From Oikopleura dioica (lineage: Eukaryota > Animalia > Chordata): a stretch of 64,000 nucleotides of DNA. Location: contig OU015569.1 of assembly GCA_907165135.1 (NCBI GenBank), positions 11,470,001-11,534,000 on the forward strand, read 5' to 3'. The translations under genes were made by a program, and so were the position numbers. The notes under the pieces are model-generated. The model made no database searches and was not told the DNA's origin. It saw only the letters and a list, made by a program, of their open reading frames with translations. Of the stretch, positions 36,067-50,429 are shown piece after piece. How positions within the stretch are numbered: position 1 is the first letter of the stretch; every line of letters begins with the position of its first letter.

Positions 36067-36994
36067 AAGTAAAAGAGATTTTCCTTAACCAGCTTACAAT
36101 CGATAGCACAGTGATCGAGCTTGCGCTTCTTTAGGCACACTTGCCAGATAACAAACTCAAGTCAAACAAAAGCTCTTATCGAGAGTCCATTTTTTGTTTT
36201 GAAGACATAGAAGACTAACTCCTTAGCGAAATAAACAATCAAAATTGAGGTCAAAAATCGACTTTTCCTGGAGAATTTTCTGAAAAATCGAGAAGCCGCT
36301 TGCGGCTTCGAGCTCTAAACAATAAATAGCCGCAGGAGGAGCGGCTCCATTTCGATTTTTCGAAGCCGCAAGCGGCTTTCCAATTTTGATAATTCGATTT
36401 CGAGAGATAATATTTTATAGTAGTAACACCCTTAGTTTATTTCTTATAGACTGAAAATTTCAAACAAAAAATTAAGGGTATCACTATTATAAATTTTGCT
36501 TCACTATCTGTTAAAAACATAAATTTAACACAGAATAAATGCCTGAACAATCGATTTCGTGAAACTATTTGGGACTCTTATCTCTATTGAAAATGTAGGT
36601 CTTTGAAAAGCGCTGCGAAAATGGGAGGAAAAGAGAGGCTTCATAATAGATGGTGCTCTAAGGGTGCCCTGTCAAAATGTTATTCAGCCTGGCACTTTTT
36701 TCAGCATTCTTTGCTCAATTATGAATGAGTTTATTTACCCATAGCGGACTACATTCGATTCTACAGGACAATGTCTGTATTCCGAACATGCCTCTTTTGC
36801 ATTGTTTATTCACGGATTTAAATATTTTATAAAACATAATTTTTGCCAAGAAAAGTAATAAAAACAGGATTTCCTGTTTTTACTGTTTATACTTTAGTAT
36901 ATTTCACTCAATTTTATTGGGACTTGGCTTCTCAAGAAATCATCGTCCTGAGGTTTAACCATCAAAGGACGATAATTTATCGTCGATAAAGTTT

Positions 36995-37090
36995 CATGCT
37001 TGTAAGAGGCGACAGGGATGGGAGGAAGTGGGCTTGAAGACGATTCCTACCTGTTAGACAATCGAAATCGGACTCAAAAATGGGATGAGT
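36995..37090 (-). ncRNA. Spliced-leader (SL) RNA gene; 40-nt SL exon 37090-37051, followed by a GT donor
   Basis: Minus strand ACTCATCCCATTTTTGAGTCCGATTTCGATTGTCTAACAG|GTAGGAATC.. matches the O. dioica SL as I recall it. The 3' end of the RNA is approximate. Confidence 0.93.
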
Positions 37091-37342
37091 GAAAGACAGC
37101 CGTGCTCGATTTCGAGGTCGTTTTGTCGCTGCACGCTCCATTTTTCGACTTCTTTTCAGAAGAGCGCTCACAGGAGGGCGCTAAATCCTCTTGCTCCAGC
37201 AGGAATTGATCTTGAGCACGTCTTTGCTTCAGCTTTTCTCTACGGGAAAATGAATTCATCAGTTCCTTTCTTATTTCAAATGATAGCTAGAAAATCTTCT
37301 CAGCCGTCAAAAAGGATGATCAATTTTCGGGAAAAGTCAAAA

Positions 37343-37461
37343 TGCTTAGCGCACGGGGTATTCCCAACCGGTCACCCATGTAAGTACTAACCCCGCCCGT
37401 CGTAGTTTGACTTCAGTGATCGGACGAGAACTGGTTTATTCTACGCGGTATGTCGCTAAGC
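37343..37461 (-). rRNA. 5S rRNA gene (119 nt) followed by a T4 Pol III terminator
   Basis: GCTTAGCGACATACCGCGTAGAATAAACCAGTTCTCGTCCGATCACTGAAGTCAAAC..GTTAGTACTTACATGGGTGACCGGTTGGGAATACCCCGTGCGCTAAGCA-TTTT: canonical length, internal control region and terminal stem. Confidence 0.97.
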
Positions 37462-37735
37462 GATGGCTGCTCAAGAAAGCAAGGTTTTATAGCAAAATTT
37501 TACTAGAACTATACATGAAATTATGACGAGTAACATTTATTTATCGAAATAGAAAGGGTTTTTTAATGAATTCAAAATTTCTAATTTGAAATAAACTTGT
37601 TTATTTGTTAAAACTAATTTCATTACTTTATTTTCCCTTTTGCAATGAAAAAAGATTATCTTCCAGCAATTCTCAATTGCAGAGTTCCTCCACGGTGAGA
37701 ATCTTCCACTTGCCATTCTTCGCCTTTTCCCATGG

Positions 37736-37792
37736 CCGAGTCATCACGTGCGTTTGCCCCTCGCGCGCGCGCCGCCCACGCATGACTCAGCC
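37736..37792. promoter_or_regulatory. GC-rich promoter upstream of NOP16 with an E-box (CACGTG) flanked by inverted TGACTC motifs
   Basis: gagtcatCACGTG..(gc)n..gcccacgcATGACTCAg, ~130 bp upstream of the NOP16 ATG. Function is inferred. Confidence 0.45.
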
Positions 37793-37915
37793 GCTGCGCC
37801 CAAAATTCGTTTCGCCAAGATTGAACGAAAAATCCACGAAATCCAGGAAATCCGCCGATTCCACCAATTCAGCTGTAGCAAGAAAAGACTCTAGAAAGAG
37901 AAATCGAGCTCAGAG

Positions 37916-39532
37916 ATGGGGCTTTCAAAGCTCTCAAGAAACAAGCGATTTAATTACGCGAAAAATTGCAAAAACGTACGAAGAAGAGCGATTGCTAAGA
38001 AACGCCGTCAGCGAAATTTAGGTAAATTTTAGTGGTATTTTAATACAGTCATTAATCTATGAAGTGTCCAATCAAAATAGCTTGATCGAAGTAAAATGAA
38101 AAATCTTACTTTCTTATCAAATTTTGTTTCTTTGAAAATCACTACTTTTCGATTTTAAAATCAGTTTTTTTGATTCAAAAAAATTACTATATTTTCATTT
38201 ATTTATTGATAGAAAGATATTTCTTTGGACTAAAAGAATAATTTATCTTGGCTCGAAAACCTGAGTCAGGGTCCTGTGAAGTAGCGTAGCGGCTACGCTA
38301 GAATTTACAAAATGAGATATGCTATTAGTAATGGCGAAGGCGCTACGCAGCTTTTGCTAAAGATCTTTCAGAATCCTGACTCAGGATTTCGACACAGGCT
38401 GACTAATTAAGATTTACCATTCTTATTTTCTAAAGAAATATCTTATTCTAATTTTAAATTTGCGGCTTTTCGAAAAATCTCTTTTGGTACCCGACTCGGA
38501 GTTCGATTAAACATTCATTTACAGTTAAACTGACTGAAGAAGCAAAAGCACTGGCCCAGCACTGGAACTCTTCGAAAGGGTTGAAGGAAAACATGGAAAC
38601 TCTCGGACTCGTCGCCGATTGCAGCAAAGCTATTCCGATTCAAAAAACAACGTAAGATTTTTAGTGAAAGTTTCTTTTGATTTTAACTTGACCTTCAGCC
38701 TGAAAAATGTAGACGAGAGAAGAATGAACGAAAAGAAGCCAACTTCTCAGCAGAAGGAAGTTCACAAGATTCTTGAGGACATCGCTGCCAACGAGTTTCA
38801 CAAAGAATGGAGCGTCTCACAAGAAGACATTCACTTCGCAGTTCATATGTTCGACAGGCACGAGCTGGTAAGTCCATTTCTTATTCAAATAACAAAACGA
38901 AACGGGTTTTTTTGGCTTGACAAATCGACTGTTGATTATAAAATTTTCTTTCTTAATTCAAGGCCGAATCCGAACGTGGCTTCTCGATCTGCTTATAAAT
39001 TTCTATGATCTCTTCATCTGTTTTGTTAGATTTCTGGGCTTGTGGGCCTGTGTAGAAAAACTGAGTCAGGGTTCGAAAAGAGATTATGTAAAAGCCTTGT
39101 TCAACTTCAGTCTATTTTTCAATGAGTTTAAAAAAGCCGACACCAGGCTTTTACTAAAGCTGTATTGGGACCCTAACTCAGTTTTCACCCAGGTTTACGG
39201 GCCGAGCTTTACTGAAGGGGTTTATATAGGGATGAGTAATATAGTTTGCCAATTTATTTAATTTAACTAAAACTGCTTCTAAAATCGCGTCTTTTTTATC
39301 GACTGTCAGTAAAAGACAAGCGAAAGAATGAAAAATTGTTGTTTACTTGAATTTCTAATCCTTTGTTCAGGACTTCGCGGCGATGGTTCGCGACCGGAAG
39401 AACGTCTACCAGCTGACTTCAGGTCAAATCCGCCAGAAGCTGCGAATGTTCCGAATGTCGAAGGTGCCCTGGGAATGGTACTGCAAGGACCGCCAGGAGC
39501 GTCACCTTCCGCCGCTCGACTTCAAGCTCTAG
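37916..39532 (+). CDS. NOP16: Nucleolar protein 16
   Basis: MGLSKLSRNKRFNYAKNCKNVRRR..QHWNSSKGLKENMETLGLVADC..HFAVHMFDRHEL|DFAAMVRDRKNVYQLTSGQIRQKL corresponds to NOP16 motifs (W..KSV..NL..MGL..D; H..DYKAMARD.KNYYQ.T..QIR). Confidence 0.88.
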
Positions 39533-39988
39533 AAATTTTTGAGAAGAACTGCCTGTATTGTCCTCAAAATAGCGCTTTTAAACATGACGAGTCTAGAATC
39601 AATCTAGATTCGTCGTGCTTAGCCTGTGCCTTTTTTCCAGCGCTATGTCCCACGAAACGTAAGCCAAAAGTGCCTACGTTTCGCGGTTTTACAGATAATT
39701 TACTGTCCCTTTTTGCTGCTGCTGTGTCTCATTTTCTGTGGGAAGAACTCTCGATTTCTTCCTACGAGTTTAAACTTCGCCCTTTTCAGGGCGGACTGTA
39801 TGCTCCGACAATTGCTCGATAAGCAACTGTATAATGCCGCATCAACTTACAGTCGCTGTGTCGCTGTATGTTGATCCGAGCAATAGCCTACCGAGCAAAT
39901 TCACTCCGATACAATCATCACCACATTTTTAAAATGAAAAGGTTTAAAGAACGACTATTTTTCAGATCAATCTCGGATTTCAAGAGTC

Positions 39989-40255
39989 ATGCCTAAGCAG
40001 ATCAAAGAGATCAAGGAGTTCCTCAACACTGCTCGAAGGAAGGACGCTTCCGCTGTCAAGATCAAGCGAAACGTCAACAACACCAAGTTCAAGGTCCGAT
40101 GCTCGCGATATCTGTACACTCTTGTCGTTGACGGTAAGCATAACCTCTTCCCTCCCTTCCCTAACTCTTCCTTTGTAGACCAAGAGAAGGCTGACAAACT
40201 GAAGCTCTCCCTTCCCCCAGGACTCCAGGTCAAGGACATCGGCCGACGAAAGTAA
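39989..40255 (+). CDS. RPL38: 60S ribosomal protein L38 (eL38), one 45-bp intron at 40134-40178
   Basis: [48 protein letters not shown]|[21 protein letters not shown]; tttttcag acceptor 22 nt upstream of the ATG. Confidence 0.97.
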   Translation: MPKQIKEIKEFLNTARRKDASAVKIKRNVNNTKFKVRCSRYLYTLVVDGKHNLFPPFPNSSFVDQEKADKLKLSLPPGLQVKDIGRRK

Positions 40256-40688
40256 ATCGCCCCGCCGCTGGATTTCAGAGCTACTGAAAAACCATAGTCT
40301 CGACTGAAAATAAACTACTAGTCTGAGCAATCATTCGTCTCTTTCCTTGTTGTCTCCAATTTGCATTTATTTCATTTAATTTGGCAGGTTATTCTAAGAA
40401 AATTTAATGTTAATCCTTTTCAAAAATTAATAGAAAAACCAGAGTCTCGGATACATGTATGGAAAACCTGAATCAACGTTCGAAAGATATTGAAGCCGCA
40501 ACGCAGCTTTTTCAAGAAATGGGCCGCAAAGCTCACCATTTTGTGAACACTTCTAAAACTGGCGTAGCCGCTTCGCGGCTATCTACTTGAGAAAGCAGCT
40601 ATCCAGTTTTTGAAAAAGTCTTGGTAGCCTCATTTGTGTCATCTTGATAGTACTTTTTTATCATCTGAATCAACTGTTAGGATTAAGA

Positions 40689-43385
<2,697 letters not shown>

Positions 43386-43890
43386 GTCTCAATTATTGAG
43401 ATTAAAAGAAGTTCAACGTCCGTCCTGCTCTATTTTACTGAAAACAAACCGCTTATAATACTGTATTATATCACCTAAAAAGTTCAAAACAACTACTTTT
43501 TCGACAATGGTCAGTTGAAAAAGTTCTCTCTTCCTTTTTTATCACTTTAGTTTATTCTTATTCTATTGCTTCTATTACATGTTTTATTTAATTTTAAGGC
43601 TATCCCCAGCGATAGCCACAAGCTCATTTTCTTCACTACATGCTCCCATAGCAGCTTCTTCAAAAAAGACTGCTCTTCACTTAAGTTAAACGCCTTTATT
43701 ATCAAGCCCATTTATCTTTCAATTTTTTAACTCCCAATTTTGAGCTGCGTCTCAGGAGGTTAAGTACTCTCTTCTTTGCCGGGCCTTAGTTTTTAGTTTC
43801 ACCATTTTCTTCCAATTATTTAAACGCTCCTTATTCAATTTATGATCAATTCGTTGTCTGTTCAGATCGCTAGAATCGTTATCAGCAAGA

Positions 43891-46800
43891 ATGTACAACG
43901 GGGTGGGTCTCACCACCGCCCGTGGTTCGGGCACCAACGGCTATGTCCAGACCAACATGGCATTTATCCGCAAGTCGAGGCTCGAGACAAAAGTCAAGAC
44001 CGACGATGATATCCGAAAAATGGAAGCGATGCTCAATCGAAAGCCCAATCAAGGTACAGTTTCTCTCGTCGTCGAAGAAAGAAGCTCCTCTAGTTTAAAA
44101 AAGATAGTATCAATTTATTGCGTTTTTAGAAATTTTGTCACATCAGGCGAAGAGAAAAGTCGAAGTAAAAGTGCTCGAGCTTCGTGAAGCGATGGAAGAT
44201 GACGGCAAATATGACGAAGAAGAGATTGAGGTACTCTTCCTTGTTTTTTCTTAATAAATCATATTGGTAATCAGGCTAAATGCGTGACGTTCCGAGAGAT
44301 GTTGCTGAATAAGGAAGGCTTTTTGGACACAGTGGAGGCAAAGTCGTCCCGCTCGAACGAAACGCACCAGTTGGCGGCGCAAAACGAAATGAAGAACAAA
44401 AAAGCGTGTAGCGCGTTTGGCATTCGAGAAGACTACAAGCCTGGTGCAGCTTTTACTGAAGGTAAAAAAGAAAGACTTACTAGTGTAGTTGGGGAATAAT
44501 TTCAAGGCAGCGCGAGTTTGTTTGATCGACAAGTTCGAGCATCGTGCTGGTTGAATTGTAGTTGAGCATGATTTTCGATGAAGTGATGCTTTCACCAGAG
44601 CAGGAGTGTTCTTTGAGCCGCCATTGAATTTTGAAATGGTGGATTTTGAGATGAGTTGTGTTGTTTTGAAAGGGAGCGATTTCAAACGTTTTCATCGTGT
44701 ATTCTTTACCATCCGTTTTTGTACGTTTTTCAGTCTCGCGCACCAAACTATCATCTACCTTAAGGGGGGGGTCGACGAGAATTTTTCAGGGGTGATCGTA
44801 ATTTCTCTTGTACACATGGTCTGGCTATGAAACTTATATTTTTGGAATTGTCAGATCCTCCCGAATCCGTTAAGCCTAAAAACATTTGAGAAAAATGAGA
44901 TTTAGGGGGTGAAATTATGAAAAATGTAAAAAGAATGGCCATTTTTGGTGCATTTTCGCGAAAATGCCCCTACTTAGAGGGGATTTTCGACCGATTTTTT
45001 CTGGCGAAAATTTTTTCTAGTTTTCGCCGCCTGATTATTTCAACCCTTTTCTATCCACCAGTATACTCAGATTTTCCCTATCTAATCCGGTTTTCCCGCA
45101 TTTTTGGTCACGGAAATCCCGATTCTCGTCGACCCCCCCCTTAAGGGACCCCGCCGACCGAGCCGCGCGCGCGTGTCACGCTCTTTTTCCTTTCAACTTT
45201 TCGTTAGGATATTTTCATTAGATTTTAATGAAATTTTACATGCCAACTAAACTTTTTATTCTCTTTCTCGTACATTTTTTAAAATCTTTCTATCTTTTGG
45301 CTACGCCGAGTTATTGCTGAATCTTGGGCGCCCGCTTTCAAGTGTACATAAGTACTCGAAATCTTCGGATTGACACTTCGAGACTACCACCATTGAAAAG
45401 CCCAGGCTTTCTTTGACAAGGCCTACTTATTGAGATTTCCTGGAAGCGTTTACTTATCTGATTAGCGAGGGATTAATGAGGGTCACCTGGAGCGCTCAGC
45501 GTGAACTTCTCGCCCGTTTCAATTATGCTCGCGCGACTTCAGCCATGGAAATTGGCAAAAAATTTTGAAGACAAGAATAACAATTTTTTTATTAAAACAA
45601 AATCAATATTTTCAGAGAATAAATAAGATAAATAAAGAATGATTATTTAACCTTCGACTTCCTCCTCATCATCTATGAAATCCGAAGCTGAATTTTCTTC
45701 CTCAAATTGAAGTAGCTCTTCGAAAGTTGGTATTTCATCAGCATCATCAAGATCTTTCGCCTCCAAAGATTGAATATGGGCCTGGCGAGCATTGTCGATG
45801 TCACGCTGAACCTGAGAAGCATAGGTACCAAGGTCAGCAAATTGTTTCTGTGTTTGTCGCCTTTTGTTTTGAATTTCCGCTTTTTTCTTCATTTTTACAT
45901 CACATTTCTTTTTGCTTTCTTCATCAAGTCGCTGAAGACGATCGAGTCCAACATTTGAAACTTTGTACTGTAGTTTCTTATGAATTTGACGAATCGCATT
46001 CACTTCACCTTCATTGTAGATCAGGATTGCCGTCGCTCCCGCGACTTCATATCGATAATTTAGAGGAGAAGCATAGGTTCCCTTGACCCATAATCGTCGA
46101 CGGATCATTTCAGCATGTAGATATTCAACTGGGCTTGTTGTTCCAGTTTGACCACACTCTCTGATGTAATTTTCGCCAAAATGTGTGCTGATAAATTTTC
46201 GTAAGCGCTCTTCGATGATTTCTTGTGTCAAATTTCCAAAAGGTTGAAAGATGCCAGGTCCTCGTGGGCAGTTTTCATCGCACATCGTGTGGTCGCTGTA
46301 GGCGTGTCGCAGGGTTTTCTCCATTTTATTCATGGCATCCTCATGTGACCACTCACCAGATGCTCGGTTCGTGATGATTTCCATGATAGCAAATTTGACT
46401 CGCATGTGAAACTGGAGAAACTGCTTCTTTGTAAATTTGTCGGCACCGGAACCTGTCTTGAAGTTTCGCAAAAATGTTCCATATATATTCTTTATGATGT
46501 GAGCAACATCCGAGTGAAATGCAAGATTGATCAATGGAATCATCAATTGACGGCATTTCTCAGCATCGATGTAGACATTTGTATTTGATGGGTCTCGGAT
46601 TTTGGCGTCGGCGTCGCATGCGACTTGGATGACATGATCTGGGAGAGCTTTGTGGATCGGGAGGAGTGTTTCTTCAAAAACATGTCTTGTGCCGATTTTT
46701 TCAAGTGCAGAAGAAGCTGTGCCAGTCGGTGCGACAGTTCCTCGCTGGTACTTTTTCAGGTGTTCGTCTGAGATTTCTTGTCGCTTCTTGACAACTTTTG

Positions 46801-49800
46801 ATCCAATGATCTTGTATTTTCCATCGACTTTTGCTGCGCAGCTTACCAGACATCCTTGAGCACTGTTTTTCTTGATGCCTGAAATAAAAGTGTTAATTTT
46901 TTCTTAGAAAGGGTAAAAATTTACTTTGAAACGGTGAAAATTTACTTAGAAAGGGTGAAAATTTACTTAGAAAGGGTGAAAATTTACTTGGGCAGGGTGA
47001 AAATTTACTTAGAAAGGGTGAAAATTTACTTGGGCAGGGTGAAAATTTTCTTGGAAAGGGTGAAAATTTACTTAGAAAAGGTGAATTTTTACATAGAAAA
47101 ATTATTTTTTTGTGTAATCAGTTACCTGAATCATTGTATGTGCCATCTACAGCGACAGATACTGTCTTCTCACTGGCATTTTTTCTTTCCGAAATGAGCA
47201 AATTACGCGCGTTGAGCATTGACTGATTTGCAAGATCCATGATGATTTTGTCGACTTTGTCTTGATACTTGTCGGCAGTAGAGGCTCCCTTGACAAAATC
47301 AGGCAACCGTTTGTGTCCACCAATCGTTTCTCCACTCATCCCTATGCCTGCAAGTTGTCTTTGTGTCTGGGTATCTGTAATTCCAGCCATGGTTTTTGCT
47401 GCTTGAAAGAGAAGATTGAAGGTTTCATCGACGAGCCAGCATCCAAGAGAATGTTTGCAGAAAGAGCAGGACACAGTCGCGTAGAAATTGAGAAGAACAT
47501 TGGTTGACAAGCCGAACCTCAATGTATGAGTCTTCTTACATTTCGGACAAGCCGTTTGGTTGAAGAGAAAGTCGAGGTTGAGGTTATCAGCGAAAAAACA
47601 GTTCTTGGTCTTTCAACCTTGATTTTCTTCGATTCATTTTTTGCCATTACTTTGGCGCTTTGTTGCACCCATGGTGCAATTTTCCAAAAATAAGGCTTAT
47701 ATGCAATTTGTGTTTGCATTCTAGCGTCAGAGAGCTCCTATCAGATGAAGAAAACCTAACAAGCATTGGTCTCTTTCATTAGTTCGGCTGATTTTTGTCT
47801 CCTCTGGTATCACCCGCGGAGCGCACGCGCCAATCCCGCTGAGCGCTACAGGTGACCCACATTAATCCCTCGTTAATCAGATAAGTAAACGCTTCCAGGA
47901 AATCTCAATAAGTAGGCCTTGTCAAAGAAAGCCTGGGCTTTTCAATGGTGGTAGTCTCGAAGTGTCAATCCGAAGATTTCGAGTACTTATGTACACTTGA
48001 AAGCGGGCGCCCAAGATTCAGCAATAACTCGGGGTGGAAAAAAGATAAGAGAATTTTAAAAAGTCTATGAGAAAGAGAATGAAAAGTTTAGTTGGTGTGT
48101 AAAATTTCATTAAAATCGAATGAAAAAATCCCGACGAAAAGTAGCAGGGAAAAAGAGCGAGGAACGCGCGCGAGGCTCGGTCGGCGGGGTCCCTTAAACC
48201 GAGTAAGATCAATCCAATTACTGATAACCCCACCATTACACCGTACATCCCTGTACAGCTCTTGTCGTTGCATCTGTACGCAAACAAGCCGAGTTTTTTC
48301 CTGTAGCTCGACACGTACACCAGATAGATCTTGCCGTCATCCACGAGATGCAAAAAGTGTCGCTTGTTTTTACCCGCTGATAAAAGAACAGCTCGAACTA
48401 TGGGTTCGGTTTCAGTAGAAGTAGCGGGCTGAGGGTAATGTAAATAAGGGTAATAGTGACGAAACGGTGATGGTATTTGAAGGGGCGTTTCTTCGAAAAG
48501 TTGCTGTAAAAAACTTGATGGTTCGCTTTGAAAATTGAGGTTGTAGTCAATATATTCAGCAGTACACGACAGCAGTGTACTACACGTTTCATTAGGATCA
48601 GCTTGTTCGTTTAGTAGCGATTGTAGCCATTGAATAGTTTCATACGACTCAGGCGACAGTATTTGATCCAGAGCGTTGAGTGCTGCAATGTTCCTGCTAC
48701 CTAAAAAGCTCATTCAAAGCGGATTCAGATCAGTTTTCGGTAGAACTTTGTGACTTTTGTTAAATAGTACCTTGAAAATCATCCCCTTGCTCCATTTTCT
48801 CTTTTATTTCACAGCCTTTAGTAAATGAAGTTCCTAAGACAGAAATCTAGAGCATTATTTTTGTATGTAATCAACTCTAGAAAGACAAAACTAATCACCT
48901 GTTTCAGAATACCAACTTGCACGAGCAGAAGATGCAAGGAAGAGAGCAGAAGCTCGCGAGCAAGAAAAGGTCGAGCGACAAAAGCGCCTTGAAAAAGTGA
49001 TCATCGAGCGAAAGCAAAAAGAACTGGCGGACAAGGCGAAATACAACTGGATTGATTCGGACGAAGAAGACTACGAAAAGAAGAAAGCGGAGAGAAGGCA
49101 AAAGAAAAAGTCGAGAAAAGACCAGGATAAGGCGGCGCCTGAGACGGAGGTGAAACAAGAACGACCGGATTCGGACATGGAAATAGACGATGTTGTCAAG
49201 CAGGAGCGAGAAGAAGCCTCGCCCAGAAGACGATCACCCAGTCCAAAGGGTCGAAGATCGAAGAGTCCGAGAAGAGGACGCCCCTCGCCAAGCCCAAAGA
49301 GACGAAGAGAGTCTCGCAGTCCAAGAAGACGAAGATCTCGAAGTCCCCCTCGCAAAAGGCGATCGCCCTCTGCAAGTCCAAGGAGAAGACGATCTCGTTC
49401 AAAGGTAAATACTCTCCTTTTTTTAACGAAAATAACGTAGTTCTTCTTACAGACTCCTAAGAAAAGCCGTGACGACGAGCTGGTGGCTCCCGAAATTGCC
49501 GAAAACATCAAGAAATCCGTACTAAAGCTGATTCCCAAAAGTGAGAAACGATCATCGCCCGACCGTCGCCGTCGAGAACGAAGCCGCTCGAAGTCGCGAA
49601 GCCGCAGCAGAAGCAGCGATCGACGAAGACGGAGGAGAAGCCGCTCCCGCTCGCGTAGCCGCTCTGGAGATCGACGCCGACGACGAAATCGACGAAGCCG
49701 ATCTTCTTCGTCGAGCTCGTCTTCTCGGTCGAGATCCAGATCTAAATCAAGAGATAGACGCAGAAACAGACGCTCAAGAACTCGCTCTCGATCAAAGGTA

Positions 49801-49970
49801 CTTTTTACAAGCACTTCTCACCAAATAACCTCGATTTTTAGAGACGCGGTAGACGATCCTACTCTCGATCTTCAAGCTCCTCATCGTCAGCGTCGTCGAG
49901 AAGTTCTCGATCTCGATCACGTGGCCGAGACAACCGGGGTCGCTTCAAACGCGAACGGCGCTCTTCGTAA
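43891..49970 (+). CDS. SRRM2: SRRM2/SRm300 (cwf21 domain plus RS-rich C-terminus); large intron 44462-48908; last exon probably beyond 49970
   Basis: [27 protein letters not shown]..cwf21 region ([22 protein letters not shown])..[14 protein letters not shown]; long RS repeats at 49.2-50.0 kb. Confidence 0.92.
44764..45140. mobile_element. 377-bp Kolobok-type MITE
   Basis: TTAA|GGGGGGGGTCGACGAGAAT..ATTCTCGTCGACCCCCCCC|TTAA; shares its right TTAA with the adjacent autonomous element; related to 56534-57194. Confidence 0.88.
45647..47719 (-). CDS. Kolobok-type DDE transposase, two exons (intron 46879-47125), one 1-nt frameshift in an A6 run at 47593-47598
   Basis: CPKC..CSFC Zn motif; [13 protein letters not shown]; SSALEKIG; VACDADAK; SDVAHIIKN; [14 protein letters not shown]; TTSPVEYLH; A..A..IYNEG. 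The phase-1 splice restores the frame. Confidence 0.88.
46912..47090. repeat. 21-bp minisatellite (ggtgaaaatttacttagaaag) x ~8 inside the transposase intron
   Basis: Read directly; it explains the spurious repetitive ORF 46934-47197. Confidence 0.95.
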
Positions 49971-50429
49971 GTCCTTAATGCATATTTACCCAGGGTCAAT
50001 GATTGGGATCTTTTTCGGTCATCAAAATTATATATCAAATTGCAATTCAACCGCGCCCTCTTGTGGCTATTTGTTTAGGCGTATCTCTGCAGGTGATTTT
50101 TGTCTTATAAACAAGATAATTTGCAAGGGACAAAAATATATTCTAAAATGTAACCCAACCTAGAGTTTAACTCCTAATAGCATTCTCCCGATTCCAACGC
50201 TCTATGCTGCATAGACACCAAAAATGTTGATTTTTTATAAAATGAATTCTAAATACATAGAATCACTTAACCAGCACAGTGGATCCTTATGTCATAAATA
50301 ACGGTTTTGCAATCACAGAGAAGCGTATGCAGTTCCTCTTTTTGTAACCTCTTCCTTTATAAAACCTATTTTAGATCCTGATCTGCAATCCAGAACTGCC
50401 ATCAAATGGAAAAGAAACCATCAACTTAA

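Larger units (their letters stand above)
45145..48193 (-). mobile_element. Kolobok DNA transposon, 3049 bp, ~370-bp TIRs
   Basis: TTAA|GGGACCCCGCCGACCGAGCC..GGCTCGGTCGGCGGGGTCCC|TTAA (TTAA TSD, RR..YY termini) enclosing a DDE transposase gene. Confidence 0.92.
44480..48713 (-). pseudogene. Intronless antisense ORF nested in the SRRM2 intron (FLYWCH/WRKY-like Zn-finger signature), split by two TTAA insertions
   Basis: The 5' half 48713-48194 (..[20 protein letters not shown]..) and the 3' half 44763-44480 rejoin at the empty TTAA as [24 protein letters not shown]; one extra frameshift near 48240. Confidence 0.6.

Noticed and set aside
46934-47197. ORF with (KIYLERV)n repeats
   Set aside because: Translation of the 21-bp intronic minisatellite on the strand opposite the transposase.
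49071-49814. Long minus-strand Arg/Leu-rich ORF (247 aa) and similar antisense ORFs at 23314-23874, 61464-61869 and 39980-40330
   Set aside because: Antisense shadows of low-complexity or biased coding exons (SRRM2 RS domain, DONSON, acidic protein, RPL38).
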